Positions 27,375 to 38,169 of a DNA stretch of 64,000 nt are shown here, in pieces. This DNA is from Octopus bimaculoides. Taxonomy: Eukaryota. Each line of letters starts with the position of its first letter. Position 1 is the first letter of the stretch. The stretch is taken from positions 101,832,098 to 101,896,097 of the forward strand of contig NC_068985.1 in assembly GCF_001194135.2 (NCBI RefSeq). Direction: 5' to 3'. Below the pieces are notes generated by a model, which did not search any database, had not been told where the DNA came from, and saw only the letters and a list, made by a program, of their open reading frames with translations. Made by a program: the position numbers and the translations under genes.

Positions 27375-28067
27375 GTAAATATGTGAAGTCCATTTTCAGC
27401 CTGAGGTACAGGTGTTCCTCTTTTTCCTACCCACTATCTTCGGCGCTTGACATATCTATAGAGAACCTATTTCTCGTCATCAGTCACTATTTGGTCCCAA
27501 AAAAGTTTCTTTCGTGACACGTGACTGCAAAGACGAGCGCACGTGCACTCACTGCACGCGATTAGACCCGGAAAGTTTGTGCGGAATTCATTAAATCAAT
27601 GTTCTAACTTTTGAAACGGCACGCAGATGTCGATGAATGGTTGAATGACCAAATCCAAGCTTCTCTGCTAGTTTCTCATCTGTAACGATGAGATTTTACT
27701 CCACAAGAGTTTGCACTACCTCGTCTTCGAGCTCTTCAGATCTTTCAGGGCGAGACTCGTCTTCTAGGCTGTAGTTTCCGGCTCAAAATTTCTGGAACCA
27801 CCGTTGATATTGGATTATGTTTATTATCCCATGCCCCTTATACTGCATTAATATTCTTTGCATATTCCGTTGCATTGTTGCCTTTACTGAACTCATAAAG
27901 CAAAATATGCGCAATATGCTCCTTTGTCGCTTCCCTTATAGTTTTGAAAAAATTAACTGTTAAAATCGAAATGCACTCTTCAAAACATGCACTAAGAATA
28001 AGGACAATATAAAATTACTTTTAGTTCATGCAACTGAAAAACGCATTATTTAAGGGATGACCCAATA
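27375..28067 (-). mobile_element. Mariner (DD34D) transposon, decayed 5' half with left TIR
   Basis: TA|TTGGGTCATCCC terminus; EHIAHILLYEFSKGNNATE, RWFQKF, SLEDESRPER, STIHRHL, IPHKLS, VTDDEK*VLY (first catalytic D region). Confidence 0.85.
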
Positions 28068-28699
28068 CATCTATGTTCGAGCACCATCTGTTTTAAAACA
28101 ATGAGTTATTTTTAGCATGAGATATATCGAAAAGATATCGTTATATATTATATGTACAGCGGGGAAAGATAAAACTATTAATCAATTACGAATATCATAA
28201 GTAATTAGGGAAGTATTTAACAGGCTTACAGTTTAAGTAATTTCTTCTATTACCCCTAGACTACTGGCTTCGTTTGGGTTTTTGCATCGGTTCCTGACAA
28301 TGGGAAAATAATGCTGAAGCGTTAAAGTGTACGGATGATATGGTGAAAAAATCTGTTAAGATGTGAAAAAAGATAAGAAATACGCCAGAAATATCCAGTA
28401 AAATCATAACGTGTAATTGTCGTTGGTCCTCCGTTGCAAAGTGGTAAGAACGTATTAAAAGGTGCTACTTGTATTTTATGTATTAATCATAGGAATCGTA
28501 TTATGAAATCTCCTTTCAGGAAATTAATGAAGTGTTAAATAGTTATTCATGAGAGTCAATACATAAAACAGAAATGTCCAAAGTATGAAATAGCTACAAA
28601 CGAGACAGGAAACTAGCTGTAATTTTATAATCACGTATATTCACACAGTCAGTCGCACACACGCACAAAGAAACATATAAAATATTTTAGTTATAAGGA

Positions 28700-28830
28700 A
28701 AGTCATTACCCATAAATCTCCTAGATTGTTGGGTGGTATAGAAGGCGGTATCCACAGATCAGAGTATCTGGCATGGACGGTTGCGATGGTTTGGACTTCG
28801 TTAAAGGCAAACGGGTCAGTGTAAGAGAAA
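28700..28830 (+). mobile_element. Possible RTE LINE C-terminal fragment
   Basis: GRLRWFGL resembles the RTE RLRWFGHV motif; one short motif only. Confidence 0.3.
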
Positions 28831-30967
28831 TAAGCTTTTCCTCCAAAATATATATGATGGCGTGAGCATGTGTGTTTGAATGTGTTTAATTTATTGTTTG
28901 TGGGTGTGTGGGTGAACTTCTGAATTGTGACCGGATATACCATGCTTGAAACAAGATCAGAAATGATGAGAGATTTGTTAAATGCAAAATACCAAATGCA
29001 AATCGTATCGTTAGAAGTTAAAGAACCCTGGTATCGAAGCAGTAAATAGGTGTCATTGGATACTATAGAGAAAAGTAAATAGATAATGAACCACTCACTT
29101 TTAATTATGCTTCAAACAGAATACAGATCTAATCACACGTGCCTCTTTATCAAACGAATCTGCAATACCTCTTGAAAGGTATAACGTTTTCACAACGGCC
29201 TAGTTAGCTCTTTAAGAAATGACGTAAAGAATCTAATTCAATCAACTTCATTAGATATGCAAAGAACTTAAATATACAAATTCCAAAAGTTTCTTTTCAA
29301 ATTCTTAAACTTCAAGCCGATGTTGTTTCAGAAAAATATGTTTCTGTATTAAAGTGAATAATTGATCGGACAGCAAGAAGCCTGAAAGAGAATGACTGGA
29401 AAATTAGTATTAGCAGCTGTATGCAGGGAAATTGTCTGCCATTCTGGGGCTAGCTGGCAAAAATATACTGTTAATATTTAAACCATGAAAATATGTTGAT
29501 CATTATAGCAATACTTGAGAAAACCACGAAAGAATATTCGGTAAAACATGGAAACGAAAATTCGAATTGTTCAAATTCAATTTCACAAGTGAAAATTCAA
29601 TTGCAGTGAAAGATAGCTGAAAGGAAATTAAAAATATTAATGGTACATGTCTCATAGTGAAAGATACTTCTAAAGTAATATAACTACATATACTCAGTAA
29701 ATACGATTTGCTATACTATAAAAACATGAAATTAATTTTGAAACAGCAAAACTTTAACAATGAAATAGAAACAAGTAACAGTTTGTCAAGAAAATATACG
29801 CAACAAAATATAAGATAAATGTGTTTTCAATGAAATATAACGTCTAATAAAGATCGACACACAAAGCACCTACCATAAATTTGCACGAAGTTTTTTTTTA
29901 AAACTACTTTCATTAAAACTGAAACCGTACGAAATAATCATATCTAGTGAGCAGACGAAAATATCATTCATTCAATGTATGATAGTTATAAGAGAGCACA
30001 TAAAAATAAAAGGAAATATGATCTTATAGAGAAAAGAATAGACTGGCTGTGTAATAAAAAAATACACATGTAGACTGAATAAATATTAAGCCATCTCATG
30101 TCAAAAAAAGTATTTTATGGATAATTTCTTGTCAGAGGTCAGCTATGAGTAGGTTCTCCCTTTGTCAACTTAAATAAAATGTAGTGAGACAGATAGCAAA
30201 ATACGCAGAAGCACAAAGGTATAGGATAATCTATCATTTAAATAGAATATTTCACCAACGATGGTTCCTGTTCAATATAGGAAATATGAAGCCTTGGCAA
30301 ACCAGCACAAGACAATTTAGCGGGTGAACCAACAGAACAAATAATTTTACAGATCAGTCAATCAATTGACATTTACAAATTTATTAAGTTGAGTTATGCG
30401 TATAAAATATTTAATAGTCTTAATACAATATGGTATTAGTACAAAAGTACTTTTTTTATCGGTTAAATTTCATTAACAATAGAATGTATTATCTACTTCA
30501 ATAAATTGTTAATTTTTTTCTAAAACTGAAATACTTAAAAAAAAAAAAAACATTGTCAGTGGTAACATACCCAATGGTATACTATCATCTTAATGAATTG
30601 ATGATAATGCTTAACCCATAAATAAGTCGGCTGGAAATTCAGTCATGAGTTGCCCTTACGATGCATTGGCTGATATGAAAGAAACAATTCACTAATTCTC
30701 TATCGGTAAAAACATTTGGAATGCTACTTTGAAAATGGAGACGTATAATGTTTTAAGATACGCGTTTCAAATTAAAATACTCTTTTCATATGAATTTCTT
30801 TTATGGTCCAATAATACCCACTTCAGCTCAGGCCCAAACAAACCCGCATGCATGTATTCATGTGCAAATATAAATGCAATATTTTGCACTACTGCATATA
30901 TATGTGCGTTTGTGTGTGTATATATATATTTATATGTATGTGTTTGTGTATGTATATATATATATAT

Positions 30968-31222
30968 ATTCAAAATAAGCAACACGGATTTCAAAGATGA
31001 TTGCAGTACGCACGTTTCATGCTACCCCATTTATTTAAGTAATGCTCGCATTACTTAAATAAATGGGGTAGCATGAAACGTGCGTACTGCAATCATGTTT
31101 GAAATCCGTGTTGCTTCTTTTGAATTTTTGATCACCTATCCTTTTGGAATGGTTTTCGTATAATACCATACCATACGATATTCTGGTGCCTACGCATAAG
31201 TACCATATTCAATCTTGAATCT
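30968..31222. mobile_element. Short (collapsed) form of the palindromic element: about 156-bp palindrome centred at 31046/31047 plus shared tail
   Basis: Same outer arm and tail sequence as 15508-16272, lacking the inner 540 bp. Confidence 0.85.
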
Positions 31223-31300
31223 AAATCTAAACCTTCTCTCTCTCTCTCTCTCTCNNNNNNNNNNNNNNNNNNNNNNNNNNNNNNNNNNNNNNNNNNNNNN

Positions 31301-31345
<45 letters not shown>

Positions 31346-31346
<1 letters not shown>

Positions 31347-31626
31347 AAATGGAGAGTAAAATGAATTTATTTACAGAATTGTCGATTACATAAGGGATAT
31401 GATCGATTCAACGTCTACCTTAGTACATTTTACAATTAATAATTGGTTTTATGAATTCAGGAGGTATATTTCGATTTTAACCCTGAAGAGATATTTACCT
31501 TTTGAATCCATAATGAAATTATTAATTGTAAAATTAATGAAGGTAGACATTGAAACGCTCGTAGGCCTTATGTAATCGACAGATATGTAAATAAATTGAT
31601 TTTGATGTATTCAACGTCTCCATTTT
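31346..31626. mobile_element. MITE or foldback element with about 125-bp diverged inverted arms
   Basis: AAAATGGAGA...GTCGATTACATAAGG...TTTTACAATTAATAATT is mirrored by AATTATTAATTGTAAAA...CCTTATGTAATCGAC...TCTCCATTTT. Confidence 0.75.
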
Positions 31627-31876
31627 CTTTATACTATACTACTGAAAATATGCTCGCATATTTCGAATCAGATGAAAACATCTCTAAGAACTACTGGAAC
31701 ACCATAATGTATACAGTACTAATAATATATATAGTCTAATAAACACTAATACCAACACAGGGAAATAATGTCCAGTAAATTCATTGATATATGGATAAAC
31801 CAGTGGACATTTAACTTAGATGTAAGACATCCATCGAAAGAGCAATCTCTTTCTTTACAAACCTAATTATAAAAGA

Positions 31877-31910
<34 letters not shown>

Positions 31911-31916
<6 letters not shown>

Positions 31917-32400
31917 TGTGTGGCAAGTAGCTTGCTTACCAACCACATGGTTCGGGGGGATTTGGTAGACGGAAACTGAAAGAAGCCCTTAGTATATATG
32001 TATATATNNNNNNNNNNNNNNNNNNNNNNNNNNNNNNNNNNNNNNNNNNNNNNNNNNNNNNNNNNNNNNNNNNNNNNNNNNNNNNNNNNNNNNNNNNNNN
32101 NNNNNNNNNNNNNNNNNNNNNNNNNNNNNNNNNNNNNNNNNNNNNNNNNNNNNNNNNNNNNNNNNNNNNNNNNNNNNNNGTATGTGTGTGTGTGTGTGTG
32201 TGTTTGTCCTTCCCAAAACTTCGCTTGACAACTGATGCTGGTGTGTTTACGTCCCCGTAACTTAGTGGTTCGGCAAAAAGAGACCGATATAATAAGTACT
32301 AGGCTTACAAAGAATAAGTTCTGGGGTCGGTTTGCTCGACTAAAGGCGGTGCCCCATCATGGCCGCAGTCAAATGACTGAAACAAGTAAAAGAGTAAAAG
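31911..32400 (+). mobile_element. tRNA-derived SINE with internal microsatellite (gap inside) and an internal deletion in the head
   Basis: Head GGCTGTGTGGCAAGTAGCTTGCTTACCAACCACATGG and body GGATTTGGTAGACGGAAACTGAAAGAAGCCC, shared with 46092, 57520 and 60835. Confidence 0.8.
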
Positions 32401-33036
32401 AATATATATGTGTGTACATACGTATATGTATGTATGTATGTATGTGTGTGTGTATGTATGTATGTATGTGAGATCGGCGCTACTGGTAACATGTAACCCA
32501 GTATAATGTGTTGTGTGGTCGGGTCGTCGGCGATTGAATTAGCAATGTCATCAAGCTTACTTGGTGAGGAGGACGGTTGCTGAACAGCCTACAGGACGAA
32601 AAATATGACTTGTGAAAGGGTACAGAAGCTCATTGCACATCATGCATCACTTGAAAGAAAAGTGAAGACCTATCACTAAAATGGCTGGTCTTAGCCTTCG
32701 TATTATGGGACTCTCGAACGGGTGATGGCAATACTCGAACACTAGTTTGCAGCCATCATGCAGGTGCACAGATATATTAGCACACGCATATATATTCTTT
32801 TGTTTGTGGGCGAATATATGTATATTACTTTAAATTAAATTTCCTTTGCAAGCAATACAAATAGGTTTGACAGAAAAGGCGTCTACGTCATAACTATTAT
32901 CCACAAGCTGTCATTTGTATCTTCTAAGAAGATCAGTATTCTTTGATGTACAAAACAAAAAAAAATACACCGACACTTTATTCAGGTGGTTACTTTCACA
33001 TTTGTAAGATAAATATTTCGCCCTTGCATATTGTGC

Positions 33037-33614
33037 ATAAATTTCCCCGTAATCTAATATCTCTCACACTACGTTTGACTAAATTTGGTTCATCTTGTAA
33101 TGCGCAACCCTGAGCAGTTCGTCACTGTGAAGTGTATTTCTGTGGTAAAATAATATTTTAATCTACCTAAAAATCTTGTGAACATGTATCATTCCCCTAG
33201 AAGCATTAACACATGAAGTATGCCCTTCAAAATAATTTCAGTGTCTGCATCCCTGCAGTAACTGCGGTATCGAATCATGTCTTTGCTTCATGATATTTTG
33301 CTATAAACATCCATTAGCGTTGATGTAGCGTTTACATTTGTCTTCAGCTGAACGCCAAGAATCCATTCCGTTTCAAATGTTCAATCTAAAAGGTAACAAA
33401 ATCCATTTAATGAAATGTGCTTTCTCACTTTCTCTGATAAAATCAACTCCATACAGCTAATTTATTTAGTTTTAACTTCATAAAACTCTTCAAAGTTTCT
33501 TAAGGTGCGAACAATGTGCAACTGAAATGATGTTCGGAATCTTAGCAACAACTCAAATGAAAATAAAATTAGAGAAATCTCTCGCGTAATGAAACTTCTA
33601 TTACCTTCTATCAC

Positions 33615-33678
<64 letters not shown>

Positions 33679-33717
33679 AGCATAGTGTGAGAGATATTAG
33701 ATTACGGGGAAATTTAT
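33037..33717 (-). mobile_element. Non-autonomous MULE-like element with 37-bp TIRs and a FLYWCH remnant
   Basis: TIRs at 33037-33073 and 33681-33717 (one mismatch); minus strand ELILSEKVRKHISLNGFCY...WRSAEDKCKRYI. Confidence 0.65.
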
Positions 33718-33889
33718 TTGCTGATGATAGGAAATAGATGGCAAATGTTTTTATTTTTCATTCCCTTTCGGAATTACCCCTAATAGTAGTTTGGATTTTA
33801 AGAATTCTTTCTAGTGGGTTAGATGTCCTATTATGCCCATGTCTTATGTGTTTAAATGTACACTGTATTGATATGAATAATGTGTATTC

Positions 33890-34790
33890 TATTCAGTAGT
33901 TGTTTTCTTCACGCTAGAACACTGGTAGCAAAAAATTCCAAATAATTTGTTTACTACCCTGAAATTTATTAATAATGATTTTTTGGCTAATATTGCAAGA
34001 AAATAGACATTTTTCCTATTTGCTGCCGATAAAAATCCGCGGTGGATTTGAAAAATTTTAACATGTAAGCACAGAGTTCCGAGCACGCATCGGAATGATC
34101 GGCCATAACCGGAAACACCCTGTTCCATCGTCATCTCCCAATGAGATATCCTTGCTCATCGTTGACAACGACGGGCGAACATTATTGTAGTGCATATTGT
34201 TCTATGATAAAAATACTCATCATTATGTTCTTCATCCGTATCATTATGCCATCACCATATCGAGAGTGCACGGAATGAAACGTCACTTTGCTACAGGACG
34301 CTGGAATTGGCTCACCAGTTCATTTTCTTCAATAACAAACATGGTCTTTCAGTTAATTATACTTCAGTTAATTATACTTCAAAACAACTATCTTTCCTTC
34401 TCTTGGCACACAGACATTTGTCTTGGATTACTCTCCCTGGGGCATCACAATACGAAAACATTTCAAAGTGACATGTTGACTGCAGTAACGGTTGGCTGCG
34501 AAATATAACTATACTACGTGACATTTTCCCATAAACATCCATTAACGTGAATGCCACATTTACGTTTCTCTTCTGCACACCGTCAAACTTCATTTCCACA
34601 TCCAATTTTTCTATGTAAACCACAACAAAACCCATTTAATAAAATATACTTTCGCCCTTTCTATGATAAAATCAAATCCAAACAAGTAATTTATTCAATA
34701 TGAACTTCATAAACTTCTTCAATGCTTCGTTGGTGCGAACATTGTTGGCAATCATATGAATATAGCGAATAGAAAATGTCCTCATTTTTT
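33890..34790 (-). mobile_element. Decayed MULE transposase (FLYWCH plus start of the MULE domain)
   Basis: LILS*KGRKYILLNGFCCGLHRK...V*RCAEEKRKCGIHV (FLYWCH pattern) then ACSELCAYMLKFFKSTADFYRQ (similar to W..DGTFK..P..FYQ); about 400 bp homologous to 33180-33560. Confidence 0.6.
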
Positions 34791-34867
34791 CCATAAAAGA
34801 ACACGCACACACACATATGTGCACACACACATATGTGCACACACACATATGTGCACACACACACGCA

Positions 34868-34960
34868 CTCACGATTGCAAGATCGTGGGTTCGATTCCCA
34901 GACCGGGCTTTGCGTTCTGTTCCTGAGCAAAAGAACTTCAATTAACGTTGCTCTGCGATC
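34868..34960 (+). mobile_element. tRNA-derived SINE fragment
   Basis: Pol III B-box-like GGGTTCGATTCCC followed by non-tRNA sequence. Confidence 0.6.
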
Positions 34961-35054
34961 ATTTCCACGTCGAGTTATATAACTTTTTATTCAGTAGTAT
35001 GAACCTGCATAACACGTAATACCGAAAGATAAAGAACCAGGCAGTGGCTCTCAG

Positions 35055-35598
35055 TGCTTCTGATCTTAATTGATTGGAAGTGTTATCATGCACGTTGTTT
35101 TGTCTCGGAATAAAAGATGAGCTACATCAAATATTCTGCTCAATACCACAGATTTCTTTGTCATTTTTTTGCTGTTTGACCTTCACCAGTCGAGCATGTC
35201 CCTTAGTGACTGAGGATATAAGCACCTCTGATCCCGAGCAGAAGCAGTGGTGGGGGGGCATCATAGCCTTGTTTTGAGAGAAATTCTTAGGGGTTTGGAA
35301 AATTCACTTTTGGAAAAATGGCTGTTTTGTTCAACGTCCTTAAATAGCCCTTATTCAGGGACCATTTGAGTGCGATGGGCCACCTGAAATGAAGACAATC
35401 TAACTGGTACCACCTGCAAGGCCATGCGTTGTGTATCTTCATATGAAATCACCATATCGCGCACATATGATTGTGATGCATGTGCCTAGTGTAACCTTAT
35501 CAGACGGGTGGTCATGATGGGTATACCGGGCTTCGTATAGTTTACCCCAGTTTCACATTGATGGCAGGCACTGCTCTTTCTCTCTCATTATTATTATT

Positions 35599-35600
<2 letters not shown>
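35055..35600 (+). mobile_element. Probable retroelement 3' region ending in an (ATT)/(AAT)n tail
   Basis: GC-richer block ending ...GGCAGGCACTGCTCTTTCTCTCTC then a trinucleotide tail; recalled as an abundant octopus repeat, not verifiable here. Confidence 0.4.
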
Positions 35601-35664
<64 letters not shown>

Positions 35665-35665
<1 letters not shown>

Positions 35666-35945
35666 TGAGGAAGAAAAGGAGACCGACCTCAGATCAAGCT
35701 GCTTTGGCCATGTGCAAGATCAAATCAACCACGCGGGTAAAATGTATCCCAGTAGTTATAGGTGCATTGGGAACTGACTCTAAAGTTCTTAACAGACGGA
35801 TAGAGGAAATAGGGATAAAGACCAGTTTAGTACAGCTGCAGAAAACAGTGTAATTAGGGACAGCTAGGATACTTAGGAGGGTCCTTGGCACCTAAGGCTA
35901 CTCTTAGTAGACCGATGTTAGGAGACTAATCTATTGTATGTATAT
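35665..35945 (+). mobile_element. 5'-truncated R4/Dong-type RLE retrotransposon in (AAT)n
   Basis: IPVVIGALG...IGI...LQKTV*LGTARILRRVL, the conserved C-terminus of R4-clade ORFs; flanked by (AAT)n. Confidence 0.75.
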
Positions 35946-35990
35946 GAAAATAATAATAATAACAATGATGATGACGATGATGATGCTGCT

Positions 35991-36042
<52 letters not shown>

Positions 36043-36585
36043 GTGATGTTGATCACAGATCGTGTATCATTAACCAGTTGGAAGTGATGATTTTCTTGGG
36101 GTTAAAATGTTGTAACATGGTCCTACGTAGGACTGCCCCTTTTGCGATGGCAAACAGGCTTTCGTAATAATCACGGTATTTTTTCAACAGTAACATGACA
36201 AATTTCATAATGAGTTGATAGTTATAGTATTTACTACTTCGGAATTAATCAATAATATTATTCCAGTCAATCTGTAGCATTATTCTAGCATTATTCCTCC
36301 CTGAATTTCTATCCACTAATCTTTGCAGGACCACCAAATACAACTAACAGCACTAATGTCAGTAATGGTTTCACGTTATAAAAGTTTCTTTTAATCTTGC
36401 GCTATTTATCTTTCCTTTGATTCTGGTGAGTTTATGCCACACTGAAGTTGCAATCAACTATCTCTTTGCTTACAAGACCGAATTACACGGTTATGAGCAC
36501 CCATCGAAAATTCTTATCGTTCATTTCACGCCACATTTTAACACTATACATTTACATCCAAACACACACTCACACACACAAACAC

Positions 36586-36636
<51 letters not shown>

Positions 36637-36715
36637 CAAACATATATAACAAGCACGTATTCAGACACGTGTAAATACACACACACACACATATATACAT
36701 ATGTGTGTGCGTGTG

Positions 36716-36746
<31 letters not shown>

Positions 36747-36895
36747 ATGTATATGTTATACATATCTAACTTCATATATAAAGAAATTCATGTGTGGGCA
36801 TGAGTATATGTGTGTATATATAATACGTATATGCACATAACTATTTACTTGCATGCACACATACATATATATCGATACATAAATGTTTATGCCTA

Positions 36896-36973
<78 letters not shown>

Positions 36974-37788
36974 TATAAGTATGCATTTACGCATATAATT
37001 TTATACATACATATTCTTACATATACTTATATATACCCTAATATATAAATGTATAGATGTATATATATATCAATATATGCATATGTATAAAATATATATG
37101 TATACACATATATATATTCTTACATATATACATATGTAGTATACATCTAGATATCATATTCTTCTTATCTTTCATATTCTTTACCATTCATTTACATGGA
37201 CTTATCTTTATTGCATTTTATGTTCACTTTATTTATTTTATTTTCTTCACTATTCTATATTTCTGCAGTCCTCTTACTTTTCTTTTTCTTAGGATTTTGT
37301 TTATGTATTAGTTTAAACCTTCTTCTTTCTTGCAATGTTCCTATCTGTTTTTTTTTTCTTTCTCATATTTGCACGGGAGTCATGGTTAAAGAGCTTGGTC
37401 TTTAAAATTGCATACTTTACTATTTTGTATATATTATTAATATTTTCTTTTCCATGCAGTTATGTTAATTTCGATTTATTTTGTTCATCCTCTCCCATCC
37501 ATCAGTTTTGCTCATATGCCATATTTGTTTTGTTTGGTTCGTTCATGTGTATTTAATCTCATAGCATGTTTCTATCCTCATTCTGGTTGCTTGTGTTTAC
37601 ATCCTCTAGAATGTCTCCTTGGTCCATCTCTCTTTTAGCATTATCTATATTTCTCGTTTTGTAGTCATTATTGACTTTTTCACTAATGTAGTAGAAATTA
37701 TCATCTATATGTTTATTATTATTATTATTATTATTATTATCATTATTATTATTATTATTATTAGTATTACTATTATTATTATTATTAC

Positions 37789-37827
<39 letters not shown>

Positions 37828-37860
37828 TATTATTATTCATTATTATTATTATTATTATTA

Positions 37861-38135
37861 TTCAGTAGTTTTATTTTTATAACGTGCTTTCACTTCACTA
37901 CCGAGCGCAGCTCTGTGCGCCTTGGGTATGTGCTGTGGTTTGCTGTGGTGCTCTTATGTTTACTGTATTGAAAGTGTTTTGCGTAGAATGTGTGCAGTAC
38001 CCAGTAGTGCAATTTTCTGTATGTTATATAGTCCTGCTATTTTTGTTATGTATTTGTTATGTATTTGTCTGAATATTTTTTTATTATACCTAAGGCACCT
38101 ACTATGATAGGAATTGTTTCTGTTTTTAGATTCCA
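37861..38135 (-). mobile_element. Second 5'-truncated R4/Dong-type retrotransposon in (ATT)n, with a different 3' UTR
   Basis: IQKIALLGTAHILRKTLS on the minus strand; (ATT)n on both sides. Confidence 0.75.

Positions 38136-38169
<34 letters not shown>

Noticed and set aside
33710-33750. CTGATGA-TAG-GAAA with ATTTG/CAAAT helix I
   Set aside because: Helix II is 3 nt and there is no UH cleavage site.
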